Shown here in pieces: positions 14,761 to 24,554 of a DNA stretch of 57,881 bases. The notes below the pieces were generated by a model. That model saw only the letters and a list, made by a program, of their open reading frames with translations. It did not search any database and had not been told where the DNA came from. Where the stretch lies: contig JACRJV010000012.1 of assembly GCA_016215325.1 (NCBI GenBank), forward strand, positions 1 to 57,881. Reading direction: 5' to 3'. The stretch is from Candidatus Uhrbacteria bacterium. GTDB lineage: Bacteria; Patescibacteriota; Patescibacteriia; JACRJV01. Position 1 is the first letter of the stretch. Every line of letters begins with the position of its first letter. Position numbers and translations under genes: made by a program.

Positions 14761-15180
14761 GTAATGAACATTGAAATGTGCTGTTCTTTAAAAAAAAGAA
14801 TAGAAGAGCGATCGAGCGGAGTTGCTCCCAACCCCTTTCGGTTGCTCTGCTGTTCGAGGCCGACCAACCGGCCCATAAATAAAACAAAAACACAATAGGC
14901 TACTGTCGATGCCAAGGCCTCCAGCCGGCTCGATTCTGTAACCACCAGAACGGCAGACTACATTCCTTCGCTCATGTTGGTAAGCGAGGGCGAACTTCCC
15001 TGCTTCAGGATCATTGCATTCTTCCATTCTGGAGGATCGCGATGCGGAGGCAGAGAAGATGGCGCGGGTTCCCCGAATATTTTCCCTTGATCAACATCAG
15101 GGCGCGGGGTTTATCCCCGCGCCTTTTCATTTCCTCAAACCTTGTTGTATAGTAGAGGAACTTCTGATTGATTTAAAAGT
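14761..15180 (+). promoter_or_regulatory. Long structured leader upstream of pheS (candidate attenuator or riboswitch-like element)
   Basis: About 420 nt of non-coding sequence between the promoter and pheS. Hairpins at 14859-14873 and 14964-14990. A terminator at 15101-15127, plus an upstream duplicate of its 5' arm (GGCGCGGG at 15061-15068). Confidence 0.4.
15101..15127 (+). terminator. Rho-independent terminator/attenuator 54 nt upstream of pheS
   Basis: GGCGCGGGG-tttat-CCCCGCGCC-TTTT. Confidence 0.65.
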
Positions 15181-16239
15181 ATGAATACTCAAACTCTTCA
15201 AACGCTTGCGCAACAGTTCCGTGCGGATCTTACCACCGTTACCAGTGCCGATGAGTTGCGCGAATTGGAGATCCGTTATCTCGGAAGGAAGCAGGGGCTC
15301 GTGACAGAGCTGTTGCGCAAACTCAAAGACCTCTCCATTGAACAACGAAAAAAAATTGGACCCCAGATCCAGCAACTCAAAGTTGAGATCACGGCAGAGA
15401 TAGAAAATACAGAATCCCAAATCTTAAATTTCAGATCTCAAATTTCCGTCGATGTCACATTGCCAGGAGAAAAAATTCCGGTTGGTCATTACTGCCCACT
15501 CACGACGATCCGCCGACAAGCGGAAGATGTTTTCCGATCGATGGGCTTCATGGTGATTGATGGGCCGGAGCTCGAGAGCGAATATTATAATTTTGAAGCA
15601 GTCAATATTCCGGCTTGGCACCCCGCACGGGAAATGTGGGATACGTTTTACGTACGCGATCCCGAAAGAGACAAGGAGATGAAGAGACAAGGAGATGAAG
15701 AATCGAATCGGTTGTTATTGCGAACGCACACGAGCGCGATGCAAGTGCGGATTATGCGTGAGTTCCCATTGCCCATTAAGGCGATCGTTCCGGGCACGGT
15801 ATATCGCAACGAAGCCACCGACGCTCGACATGAAAAAGCGTTCCTCAATGTTGAAGGCTTACTTGTGGGCAAGGGTATTAGTTTGCAACATTTGATTTCG
15901 GTTAACCGCGTGTTCCTCAAAAAGGTGTTGGGCGATGATGTCCAAGTGCGGTTCCGGCCAGGGTACTTCCCATTTACCGAACCGAGCCTTGAGCTCGATA
16001 TCAGTTGTTTGATTTGTAAACAAACAGGATGCAGCGTCTGCAAGAAGACCGGCTGGTTGGAATACATGGGGGCCGGTATGGTCCACCCGAATGTCTTGCG
16101 CGCTGGCGGGATCGATCCAAAAAAATATACCGGCTTCGCTTTTGGATTTGGGTTGGATCGATTGGTGATGCTCAAGTACGGCGTCGACGATGTTCGATTA
16201 TTCCGCAGCCAAGATTTGCGATTCATCCAACAGTTTTAA
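15181..16239 (+). CDS. pheS: Phenylalanine--tRNA ligase alpha subunit
   Basis: LRELEIRYLGRKQGL, WHPAREMWDTFY, LLRTHTSAMQVR, FRPGYFPFTEPSLELD and GAGMVHPNVL are class II PheS motifs. Confidence 0.95.
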   Translation: MNTQTLQTLAQQFRADLTTVTSADELRELEIRYLGRKQGLVTELLRKLKDLSIEQRKKIGPQIQQLKVEITAEIENTESQILNFRSQISVDVTLPGEKIPVGHYCPLTTIRRQAEDVFRSMGFMVIDGPELESEYYNFEAVNIPAWHPAREMWDTFYVRDPERDKEMKRQGDEESNRLLLRTHTSAMQVRIMREFPLPIKAIVPGTVYRNEATDARHEKAFLNVEGLLVGKGISLQHLISVNRVFLKKVLGDDVQVRFRPGYFPFTEPSLELDISCLICKQTGCSVCKKTGWLEYMGAGMVHPNVLRAGGIDPKKYTGFAFGFGLDRLVMLKYGVDDVRLFRSQDLRFIQQF

Positions 16240-16242
16240 TGT

Positions 16243-18687
16243 ATGTATCTTTCTGATAACGAGCTCAAATCAATTGTTGCGCATACACTACCGCCGGAGA
16301 AATTCGCCCGACTCCTCACCGAGAAAGTGGTGGAAGTAGAAGCTCTGCATCGATGGGAACTCGATCATGTTGTGGTCGGAGCGGTGAAGGCGATCAAGCC
16401 GCATCCGAATGCGGATCGGTTGCGGTTGGTGGAGACACTGGTGGGGGAGCGTACGCTCACCATCGTATGCGGCGGGAAAAATTTGTACCCCGGGCAGCGG
16501 GTGGCGGTCGCGCTAGAAGGTGCAATGGTCCGTTGGCATGGACAGGGAGAAAAAGTAAAACTAGAACCCGCAACGATCCGAGGAGTGAAGAGCGAAGGCA
16601 TGATTTGCGCGGCCTCTGAGCTCGATCTGCCTATCAACGATCGTCATCCTGAACCGAGTAAAGGATCTCGTGAGATTCTTCGTGCTGCTCAGAATGATGA
16701 TGACGGGCCGTTCATTCTTGACCTTACCCGGTTTATCCCTACGACGAAACCGGGTACGCGATTGGATGTCGCACTGGGATTGGACGACGTGCGCTACGAG
16801 ATTGATAACAAGTCGCTTGCGCGCCGGGCAGACCTTTGGGGCTATTGGGGTATGAGCCGCGAGGTTGCACTGATTACCGGAGCTCGACAGAAATCGCAAG
16901 CATTTCCGTCCGTCCGATATGCCAAGCCCACGATTGCAAAGATCCAAGACAAAACGGGATGCTGGCGGTACATTGCTGCGCGGATTGGAAACGTGCGGGT
17001 CGTAGAGTCGCCGTGGGAAGTGCAACAGAAGTTGATCCAGGCGGGGCTGCGACCGATTAATTTGATCGTGGATTTGACCAATCTTGTCATGATCCAACTC
17101 GCGCAGCCGATGCACGCCTTTGATGCGCGATCCATCGATCGTATTATTGTGCGCCGAGCAAAAGCAGGAGAACGGCTGATTGCGCTCAATGGCAAGGAAT
17201 ACGGACTGTCTCCGGCCGATTGTGTGATTGCCAATTCCAAAATCCCCATGGCGCTCGCGGGCATTATCGGCGGGGAACATTTTGGGATCCAGCAAGACAC
17301 CACTTCTATTATTGTCGAGAGCGCAACATTTGATCCGGTCATGGTGCGAAAAACTTCCCAGCGGTTGTTGCTGCGTACGGATTCTTCGGCCCGGTTTGAA
17401 AAAGGCCAACCGGTGGAAATGGCCGACGTTGCGCTGCGGCGGTTCTTGTTCTTGTTGAGACAGTATCAGCCGAATATTGTTCTTGCGCATGCCGAGTCGA
17501 GCGGAGAGAGCAAGACGGTCAATAATACGGTCCGTGTGGATCTGGCGTGGTTGGACCAACTCATTGGCCCCGGAGTTATCCCCGTGTCAACAACAAAAGC
17601 AATCCTCAAAGGGCTTGGAATGAAGGTGGGCGGGAATACGAAGACGCTGATTGTGACAGCGCCGTACTGGCGCAATGACGTTGATATTCCAGAGGATATT
17701 GCCGAAGAGGTTTCGCGCATTTTCGGGTTCAATTCGATCCCCGACCGTTTACCCGATCTGCCGGCGACCCTGCCGTACCGCGATGGCGCGCGCGATCTCA
17801 CAGAGTCGATTCGGAGTTTTTTGGTTGACCGATGCGCCATGGATGAAACAGAAAGTTACCCCTTTGAAGTGCCGCAAGCGATGGCGGATGACCGATTGCG
17901 AATTGAAGTCATCAGCCCGATTTCGCAAGATAGCAAATGGTTGCGCACGGATTTGGGGTACAATGTGTTAGAAGGGGTTGCAAAAAATCTTCGATTTTCT
18001 CAACGTGTGGAAATGTTTGAAATCGGAAAAGTGTTCCATGCGGGTTTGCCGGGTCCATACCCCATCAAGACGGGTTCGAAACAATTCCTGCCCGACCAGC
18101 CGATACACTGTGTGGTTGCTATTTCTCATCAAGGAGATTTATTTCGATCACTCAAAGGACGTGTTGAGCTGATGGGCCAAGTGCTCGGTTGGGAGTTCGG
18201 GTTCAAGCCGGCATCCATGCACCCGCTGCTGGATCCGGCCCAGTCTATTGATATCCATTGCGCCGGACAACCCGTTGGCATACTCGGGCTCGTTAGCGCC
18301 CCAGCGCTGCGCCGGTTTGACATCAAACAACCGGTTGCGTTGTTAGACCTCAATCTTGGCGCTCTTGCCCAGTGTCCGCGACAAGAAAAGAATTATACTC
18401 CGATGAGTGCCTATCCATCGGTGCTCCGCGACATTGCGGTCGTGATGGACCACACAGTACCCTACGAGCAGCTCGCCACCGTGCTCAACGATTCCTCCGC
18501 GTTGCTCCAGAGCTATGAATTGTTTGATGAATATACTGGGAAGGGATTGCCAGAAGGGAAGAAGTCGCTGGCGTTGCACTTGAGGTTTTCTTCTTCAGGG
18601 CGAACGCTCACTAATGAAGAAGTGGATAGCGAAATACGCATGATGACAACCATTCTCCAGAGCGAACTAAGGGGAGATCTTCGATAA
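16243..18687 (+). CDS. pheT: Phenylalanine--tRNA ligase beta subunit
   Basis: 814 aa directly after pheS. It has a tRNA-binding N-domain (HPNADRLRLVETLVGE), B3/4 and B5 regions, and a C-terminal FDX-ACB-like region (YPSVLRDIAVVMD). Confidence 0.95.
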   Translation: MYLSDNELKSIVAHTLPPEKFARLLTEKVVEVEALHRWELDHVVVGAVKAIKPHPNADRLRLVETLVGERTLTIVCGGKNLYPGQRVAVALEGAMVRWHGQGEKVKLEPATIRGVKSEGMICAASELDLPINDRHPEPSKGSREILRAAQNDDDGPFILDLTRFIPTTKPGTRLDVALGLDDVRYEIDNKSLARRADLWGYWGMSREVALITGARQKSQAFPSVRYAKPTIAKIQDKTGCWRYIAARIGNVRVVESPWEVQQKLIQAGLRPINLIVDLTNLVMIQLAQPMHAFDARSIDRIIVRRAKAGERLIALNGKEYGLSPADCVIANSKIPMALAGIIGGEHFGIQQDTTSIIVESATFDPVMVRKTSQRLLLRTDSSARFEKGQPVEMADVALRRFLFLLRQYQPNIVLAHAESSGESKTVNNTVRVDLAWLDQLIGPGVIPVSTTKAILKGLGMKVGGNTKTLIVTAPYWRNDVDIPEDIAEEVSRIFGFNSIPDRLPDLPATLPYRDGARDLTESIRSFLVDRCAMDETESYPFEVPQAMADDRLRIEVISPISQDSKWLRTDLGYNVLEGVAKNLRFSQRVEMFEIGKVFHAGLPGPYPIKTGSKQFLPDQPIHCVVAISHQGDLFRSLKGRVELMGQVLGWEFGFKPASMHPLLDPAQSIDIHCAGQPVGILGLVSAPALRRFDIKQPVALLDLNLGALAQCPRQEKNYTPMSAYPSVLRDIAVVMDHTVPYEQLATVLNDSSALLQSYELFDEYTGKGLPEGKKSLALHLRFSSSGRTLTNEEVDSEIRMMTTILQSELRGDLR

Positions 18688-18737
18688 TGACTGACGGTAG
18701 ACCATCGCGCGGTATCATCAATTGTGGTAGAATAAAA

Positions 18738-18764
18738 GGGCACTATCCATTATCGTGCCCTTTT
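18738..18764 (+). terminator. Rho-independent terminator after pheT
   Basis: GGGCAC-tatccattatc-GTGCCC-TTTT. Confidence 0.6.
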
Positions 18765-19079
18765 ATGTTCCAAACTTCCCAAGATGTATTTTTTGTTGTC
18801 GCATCGATCGCCATTGTTTGGGTCGGCGTGTTTCTTTGTTGGGCTTTGTATCGATTGACGATTTTTTTGCGGTCGATCAATGACGTCACCCTTGATCTAA
18901 AGGAACACATTGAAGGAATAGAAGGATGGTTTAATGATATGCGCTCTCGTTTTGCGCGGACCGTTGGAGCGATTACGGCCGTGCAAAAAGCGGTGAATGT
19001 TGGGCTCTCGATCCTCGAGCGACGGCAGCGGAAGGGATCGGCGCGGACGTCGAAGAAGGATGAGAGCCCATCGGGATGA
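18765..19079 (+). CDS. Small membrane protein, hypothetical
   Basis: Start at ATG 18765 (MFQTSQDVFFVVASIAIVWVGVFLCWALY). One TM helix followed by a basic tail. Confidence 0.5.
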   Translation: MFQTSQDVFFVVASIAIVWVGVFLCWALYRLTIFLRSINDVTLDLKEHIEGIEGWFNDMRSRFARTVGAITAVQKAVNVGLSILERRQRKGSARTSKKDESPSG

Positions 19080-19098
19080 GTGATCATGTGCTCCCCCT

Positions 19099-19635
19099 AT
19101 GTATTTGTTTGTCTTACCGTTAGAGATCATCGCTTCAATATTTGTTTATCGAGATGCCCGCAAGCTCCAGAGGCAGGGGTTTACGATCCACCCGGGGGAT
19201 ACTGTATTTGTGCTCTTGGTTGTTCAAGCGATCGTTGGTATAAGCTTTTTTATTGGACAGATCCTTTCCGATCGATTTTTTGTTTTTACTGATTTTACGA
19301 TAAATCTTGTGGTGCTGTTTATAGGCATCATTGCATATTTCTTCTATCAGCGATCTGTACAACAAAGGGGGGTGCCAGCAGTGGCGATGCCAACGAGAGG
19401 GCTCTCGCCGGTGTTTGATAGTATCGTTTTTATCCTTGTTTTGATCGCGACGGTTTTTGGCGGGATGATCGGGGCATTTATTGCGGTCTGGGCTGCAGCG
19501 GATGGACAGGACTATTCTTATTTCTGGTCATTAATCGTTGGGCTGACGTTGTCCGTAATCCTGGAGACGGTATTAGGGATTCGTATTTGGAAGAAAATTC
19601 GGCATCGACCGGCAAAGACTCCTTCGCAACCGTGA
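19099..19635 (+). CDS. Integral membrane protein, hypothetical
   Basis: 178 aa with about 5 predicted TM helices by hydrophobic runs. No family recognised. Confidence 0.55.
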   Translation: MYLFVLPLEIIASIFVYRDARKLQRQGFTIHPGDTVFVLLVVQAIVGISFFIGQILSDRFFVFTDFTINLVVLFIGIIAYFFYQRSVQQRGVPAVAMPTRGLSPVFDSIVFILVLIATVFGGMIGAFIAVWAAADGQDYSYFWSLIVGLTLSVILETVLGIRIWKKIRHRPAKTPSQP

Positions 19636-19754
19636 TTGTGAATGCACACCGAGGTTGACCCCGTTAGAGCCTCACTCATTGGTTGCTTCGCTACCAACGT
19701 TATTGTTCCCAGTCCACAATTGCAAACAATGCAATCCAGGGCTCTAAAACGGGG

Positions 19755-19783
19755 TTGACAACAGTGTCGCTTTCCTTTATCCT
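19755..19783 (+). promoter_or_regulatory. Candidate promoter upstream of tuf
   Basis: TTGACA, 17-nt spacer, TATCCT. The -35 lies in the right arm of an imperfect inverted repeat (19653-19671 / 19739-19762). Confidence 0.4.
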
Positions 19784-19905
19784 ATCAGCATGTTGAACGC
19801 TCGCAATAGAGCGTTTTCATTCGCAAATTTTTTCTCTTTATTCATATCGACCTCGTGCGCTCATGCGTGAGGCCTTAATAATTCTCTTTTTAGAGAGAAA
19901 ATACT

Positions 19906-21093
19906 ATGGCAGGGAAATTTGAACGGACAAAGCCCCATATCAATATTGGTACCATTGGCCACGTTGATCATGGCAAGACCACGCTTACCGCTGCCATCTT
20001 AAAAGTGATGGCTGCCAAAGGTTTTACCGCGCAAGCAAAGAGCATTGATGATATTGACAATGCTCCGGAAGAGAAAGCCCGCGGCATCACCATTAACACC
20101 GCGCATGTTGAATACGAATCGGCCGGACGGCACTATGCCCACGTTGACTGCCCCGGGCACGCGGACTATGTGAAGAACATGATTACCGGCGCCGCTCAAA
20201 TGGATGGTGCGATTTTGGTTGTTTCTGCCACCGATGGTCCGATGCCTCAAACCCGCGAACACATTCTTCTTGCGCGTCAGGTCGGTGTGCCATACATTGT
20301 GGTGTTTTTGAATAAAGTGGACATGGTGGAAGACAAGGAACTCGTTGATTTGGTCGAAGAAGAAGTCCGCGATCTGCTCAAGAAATACGAATTCCCGGGC
20401 GATACCATCCCGGTTGTTCGTGGAAGCGCCCTCAAAGCATTGGAAGACCCGAATGGGGAATGGGGGAATAAGGTTTTAGAGTTGATCACGAAGGTTGATG
20501 AATATATTCCGGAGCCCGTTCGCGCAACCGACAAACCATTCTTGATGCCGATCGAAGACGTATTCTCCATTGAAGGGCGCGGGACTGTGGTGACTGGTCG
20601 TATCGAACGCGGGCTTATTAAAATTAATGAAGAAGTTGAAATCGTCGGTATCCGGGCGACCCAAAAGACTGTTATCACCGGTATTGAAATGTTTAATAAA
20701 CAGTTGGATGAGGGCCGCGCAGGGGATAATGCCGGGCTATTGCTTCGCAGCACCAAGAAAGACGAAGTGGAGCGCGGCCAAGTGATTGCCAAGCCTGGTT
20801 CTGTTACGCCGCACACCGAATTTGAGGCAGAAATTTACGCACTCAAGAAAGAAGAAGGCGGACGGCACAAGCCATTCTTTAATGGATACAAGCCGCAGTT
20901 CTATATCCGTACAACAGATGTGACGGGAGAAGTGAAATTGCCCGCCGGAACCGAAATGGTCATGCCGGGCGACACCGTGAATCTGACGGTCAAACTGATC
21001 ACCCCGGTTGCATTGGAAGAAAAACTCCGTTTTGCCATCCGCGAGGGTGGACACACCGTGGGTGCGGGCGTTGTGACAAAAATTTTACAGTAA
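19906..21093 (+). CDS. tuf: Elongation factor Tu
   Basis: [21 protein letters not shown] and NKVDMV are the G-domain motifs. 395 aa. Confidence 0.98.
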   Translation: MAGKFERTKPHINIGTIGHVDHGKTTLTAAILKVMAAKGFTAQAKSIDDIDNAPEEKARGITINTAHVEYESAGRHYAHVDCPGHADYVKNMITGAAQMDGAILVVSATDGPMPQTREHILLARQVGVPYIVVFLNKVDMVEDKELVDLVEEEVRDLLKKYEFPGDTIPVVRGSALKALEDPNGEWGNKVLELITKVDEYIPEPVRATDKPFLMPIEDVFSIEGRGTVVTGRIERGLIKINEEVEIVGIRATQKTVITGIEMFNKQLDEGRAGDNAGLLLRSTKKDEVERGQVIAKPGSVTPHTEFEAEIYALKKEEGGRHKPFFNGYKPQFYIRTTDVTGEVKLPAGTEMVMPGDTVNLTVKLITPVALEEKLRFAIREGGHTVGAGVVTKILQ

Positions 21094-21097
21094 TTGA

Positions 21098-21487
21098 TTG
21101 AGGATCTCCGCCCCTGTGACTGCCCAAACACCAACGACTGAACCAGCGTCCGCAAAACACGGCGGTAAACGTGAAGAGGACGGCCGTCAGCGTATCCGCA
21201 TCAAGATTCGCGCGTACGATCATAAGATCATTGATCAATCGGCGCAGACCATCTTGGAAGCCGCGCAACGTACAGGAGCAGAAGTATTAGGACCCATTCC
21301 TTTGCCAATTGAAAAGAAAAAGGTAACTGTCAATCGATCAACATTCGTCCATAAAGATGCCCGAGAACAATTTGAAATGCGTACACATAAGCGACTGGTT
21401 GATATCGTCGATCCGACACCCAAAACAATGGATGCGTTGATGAGCTTGCAGTTACCCGCCGGAGTTGATATTGAAATAAAGATGTAA
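21098..21487 (+). CDS. rpsJ: 30S ribosomal protein S10 with an N-terminal extension (start uncertain: TTG 21098 or GTG 21116)
   Basis: [40 protein letters not shown]...THKRLVDI. Confidence 0.9.
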   Translation: MRISAPVTAQTPTTEPASAKHGGKREEDGRQRIRIKIRAYDHKIIDQSAQTILEAAQRTGAEVLGPIPLPIEKKKVTVNRSTFVHKDAREQFEMRTHKRLVDIVDPTPKTMDALMSLQLPAGVDIEIKM

Positions 21488-21511
21488 ATCAAAGCCCGCA
21501 TAAAGGGCTAT

Positions 21512-21573
21512 AGAAGGGAAGATGCGTTGGCTGTCCCCAAGGGGAAACGCAGCGCATGATCCCCTTCTTTTTG
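21512..21573 (+). promoter_or_regulatory. Terminator-like compound hairpin in the rpsJ-rplC spacer
   Basis: AGAAGGG..ATGCG...CGCAT..CCCCTTCT followed by TTTTTGTT. A second hairpin, GTTCTG-ggacc-CAGAAC, lies at 21573-21589. Confidence 0.4.
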
Positions 21574-21604
21574 TTCTGGGACCCAGAACTCTGTGTCCAC
21601 TTGT

Positions 21605-22228
21605 ATGCCCGTAGCAAAAAAATGTCTCATCGGAAAAAAAATTGGCATGACCCAGGTCTTTGATGCAGCGGGGAATGTGCGGCCTGTTACTATGCTGACC
21701 GTTGGCCCCTGTGTCGTTACGCAGGTCAAAAAAAAGGAGACCGATGGGGTGGATGCTATCCAGTTAGGGTGGGGGTTTGCCAAGCATGTTGCAAAGCCGC
21801 AGCAAGGACATCTCAAAGGATTAGGGAGCTTCAAGACCTTGCGGCAATTCCGTGTGGATCCCACGCAATTCGCTTCTTTGGAACGGGGCAAGACAATGGA
21901 TGTGAGTCTCTTTGAACTTGGAGAACAGGTGACGGTGATTGGTACATCAAAAGGTCACGGATTCCAAGGGGTGGTAAAACGTCACGGATTCAAGGGGTCT
22001 CCGGCCAGCCATGGTCACAAAGACCAATTGCGTATGCCGGGAACTTCGGGCCCAGGCGGACTCCAGCACGTTGCAAAGGGCAAGCGGATGGGCGGCCACA
22101 TGGGCGATGCGCGCGTCACTGTGAAAAATTTGCCCGTCATGAAGGTTGACCTTGCAGCCAATCAATTATGGGTGGGCGGTGCGGTGCCGGGAGCGCGCGG
22201 ATCATTGGTTAGTATCTTGGTGCAATAA
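21605..22228 (+). CDS. rplC: 50S ribosomal protein L3
   Basis: LIGKKIGMTQVFD...; I took the ATG at 21605 as the start (the track gives GTG 21593). Confidence 0.93.
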   Translation: MPVAKKCLIGKKIGMTQVFDAAGNVRPVTMLTVGPCVVTQVKKKETDGVDAIQLGWGFAKHVAKPQQGHLKGLGSFKTLRQFRVDPTQFASLERGKTMDVSLFELGEQVTVIGTSKGHGFQGVVKRHGFKGSPASHGHKDQLRMPGTSGPGGLQHVAKGKRMGGHMGDARVTVKNLPVMKVDLAANQLWVGGAVPGARGSLVSILVQ

Positions 22229-22230
22229 GT

Positions 22231-22887
22231 ATGTCCTCGACAATCCCCATTTTTTCATTTGATGGTACAGCAAAGAGTGAAGGGCAGGTGCTTCCGGAGC
22301 AATGGCTTGATGCAAAGCCGCTCAAGCCGGGGACTATCGCGCAGGTAGCGGTTGCATTACAGTCGCATGGGCGCCCAGTACTCGCTCATACCAAGACACG
22401 CGGGGAAGTATCTGGCGGAGGGAGGAAGCCCTGGAAGCAAAAGGGGACTGGCAGGGCCCGCCAGGGGTCGATCCGTAGCCCGCAATGGAAGGGCGGTGGT
22501 GTGGTCTTCGGCCCGCGCAATAATCGGAATTATTTTTTAAACATTAATAAGGCCATGGTCCGCCGTGCATTTGCGCAGTTATTAAAGGAGCACGCGACAG
22601 AAGGCGGGATGGCCGTGTTGGAGACAAACGGGGGGATTGAGCCCAAGACCAACGCAATGGCCAAAACGCTCAAAAAATTGAGCAGCCAGTGGAAACCATC
22701 GGGCCCGTTGATGATGGTTGTGGGCGGTGACGCAGATGCCAACGTCCGACGCATGACGCGGAATTTGAAAGAATGCGCACTCACTGATATTGCAGAGCTG
22801 GGCGTGTTGGATCTATTGAAATATCCGGCAGTATTATTCACGCATACCGCTTTCGATCAGTTGGCAAAGCGAACAACCAAGAAATAA
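22231..22887 (+). CDS. rplD: 50S ribosomal protein L4
   Basis: GGGRKPWKQKGTGRARQGSIRSPQWKGGGVVFGP. Confidence 0.95.
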   Translation: MSSTIPIFSFDGTAKSEGQVLPEQWLDAKPLKPGTIAQVAVALQSHGRPVLAHTKTRGEVSGGGRKPWKQKGTGRARQGSIRSPQWKGGGVVFGPRNNRNYFLNINKAMVRRAFAQLLKEHATEGGMAVLETNGGIEPKTNAMAKTLKKLSSQWKPSGPLMMVVGGDADANVRRMTRNLKECALTDIAELGVLDLLKYPAVLFTHTAFDQLAKRTTKK

Positions 22888-22891
22888 CTCT

Positions 22892-23350
22892 ATGGCAGCA
22901 GGAATCCGAGGATTATTCAAAAAAGACAAGAAGAACGATGCCGTGGTCACCACCCAGCCACCGGTTGCTTCCGCGCAGAACAAGTCGGATGCTACTGAAC
23001 AACAATCGGCCAAATCGTTCGCAAAGAAAAAGCACGCAGAGAAACTTTCTGTTGCCTTGAGGACAATCCTCCACCCATTGGTCACAGAGAAAACCGCCCG
23101 ACTGGGAACCGAGGGAGAGCCGAGTGTGACGTTCCGAGTGTTAGCGAGCGCAACAAAGAGTGACGTGAAAAGGGCGGCGAAAGAACTGTATGGCGCTCAT
23201 GTCACCTCGGTTCAGGTCATCAACACCCCACAGCGACAGACACGAACTCGATTTGGAGCGGGTCGAGTCAAGAAAGGGCACAAGAAAGCCATTGTACGAT
23301 TTGCCCCAGGAAGCACTGTTGATATTACGAAGTTTCCTACTATCAGCTAA
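22892..23350 (+). CDS. rplW: 50S ribosomal protein L23 with a ~55-aa N-terminal extension
   Basis: ILHPLVTEKTARL...VTFRVLASATKSDVKRAAKELYG. Confidence 0.9.
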   Translation: MAAGIRGLFKKDKKNDAVVTTQPPVASAQNKSDATEQQSAKSFAKKKHAEKLSVALRTILHPLVTEKTARLGTEGEPSVTFRVLASATKSDVKRAAKELYGAHVTSVQVINTPQRQTRTRFGAGRVKKGHKKAIVRFAPGSTVDITKFPTIS

Positions 23351-23358
23351 CGAATTGT

Positions 23359-24192
23359 ATGGCCGTTAAACAGTACAAACCACTCACTCCCGGACGCCGG
23401 TTTGCCACCGTGGATCCGATGAACGACGTCACGACACGCGACCCCCTTAAACAACTCGTGATTTCCAAGAAGCGGACAAATGGCAGGGATTCTAGCGGCC
23501 AGATTCGTGTTCGACATCGCGGCGGCGGCGCCGCGCGCAATATTCGCATTGTCGACTTCCGGCAACAGCGATTGAACGAGCTAGCAACGGTGAAGGAGAT
23601 CGAATACGACCCGAACCGATCCGCACGCATTGCGCGTGTTCAATTCCCCGATGGGCAGTTCCGATACATCCTGGCGCCAGATGGTCTGCGTGTTGGCATG
23701 ACCGTTGTCTCGAGCCCCACCGGTGGGGAAATCCAAGTCGGCAATCGTTTCCCGCTCAAGCACATTCCTATCGGCAGTCTTGTTTGCAACATTGAGCTTA
23801 AGCCTGGTCAGGGAGGGAAGATGGGCCGATCCGCTGGAACGAGTATCCAGCTCATGTCGATTGATGCAGGGTTTGCTCAACTGCGCCTGCCATCGACCGA
23901 GGAGCGGTTGGTCCCGGAATCATGTTTTGCAACCATTGGGATGATAAGCAACCCTGATCATCGCCATCATGTGTTGGGCAAGGCCGGACGCCGCCGGCAC
24001 AAAGGCTGGCGCCCCAGTGTGCGAGGGAAAGTCATGAACCCGGTGGATCACCCGCATGGCGGCGGTGAAGGGAAGCAACCGATTGGTATGAAATTCCCAA
24101 AGACTCCCTGGGGCGCTCATGCCCTTGGGGTGTATACCCGGGTGAATAAGAAATATTCTGATTCGGCTATTCTTCACCGAAGAAAGAAATAA
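23359..24192 (+). CDS. rplB: 50S ribosomal protein L2
   Basis: RHRGGGAARNIRIVDF, GQGGKMGRSAG and MNPVDHPHGGGEGK. Confidence 0.97.
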   Translation: MAVKQYKPLTPGRRFATVDPMNDVTTRDPLKQLVISKKRTNGRDSSGQIRVRHRGGGAARNIRIVDFRQQRLNELATVKEIEYDPNRSARIARVQFPDGQFRYILAPDGLRVGMTVVSSPTGGEIQVGNRFPLKHIPIGSLVCNIELKPGQGGKMGRSAGTSIQLMSIDAGFAQLRLPSTEERLVPESCFATIGMISNPDHRHHVLGKAGRRRHKGWRPSVRGKVMNPVDHPHGGGEGKQPIGMKFPKTPWGAHALGVYTRVNKKYSDSAILHRRKK

Positions 24193-24195
24193 TAT

Positions 24196-24546
24196 ATGTC
24201 TCGTTCCATCAAAAAAGGTCCGTTTGTTGATCCAAAACTCCATGATCGCGTGACCAAGGCAGTGGCCGCTGGGAGCCGCGCCCCTATCAAAACATGGTCT
24301 CGCGACTCTACCGTGATTCCCGAAATGGTTGGGTTGACGCTGGGTGTCTACAATGGTAAAGTGCACGTCCCTGTTGTTGTAGTAGAGAATATGGTTGGGC
24401 ATAAACTGGGGGAATTTTCACCGACCCGGCGTTTTATCCGCCATGGAGGAAAGATTGCGAAGGAACAAGAAATGGCCCAGAAAGAAGCAGAGAAAAAAGC
24501 GCTCGAAAGCGTGAAGGCCGCGAACGAACCTGCAAAGAAGAAGTAA
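24196..24546 (+). CDS. rpsS: 30S ribosomal protein S19 (C-terminal extension)
   Basis: [15 protein letters not shown]...[23 protein letters not shown]...[11 protein letters not shown]. Confidence 0.95.
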   Translation: MSRSIKKGPFVDPKLHDRVTKAVAAGSRAPIKTWSRDSTVIPEMVGLTLGVYNGKVHVPVVVVENMVGHKLGEFSPTRRFIRHGGKIAKEQEMAQKEAEKKALESVKAANEPAKKK

Positions 24547-24554
24547 TATAAAAT

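Noticed and set aside
14880-15010. RNase P RNA on the minus strand (AGGGAAGTTCGCCC resembles GAGGAAAGUCCGGGC; ACAGAATCGAGCCGGCT resembles ACAGAACCCGGCUUA)
   Set aside because: The two P4-like strands are only about 60 nt apart rather than about 280 nt. No P15, CR-II or CR-III motifs are present. The strong promoter and the terminator both face the plus strand.
14761-15127. Canonical T-box riboswitch for pheS
   Set aside because: I could not find the conserved T-box sequence or a convincing Stem I with a UUC specifier and a distal AGVGA/GNUGNRA loop. I report it only as a leader of unknown class.
16561-17559. 332-aa minus-strand ORF inside pheT, plus similar ones inside the aldo/keto reductase (54836..55636), EF-Tu and r-protein genes
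   Set aside because: They are antisense to strongly conserved housekeeping genes and show no motifs.
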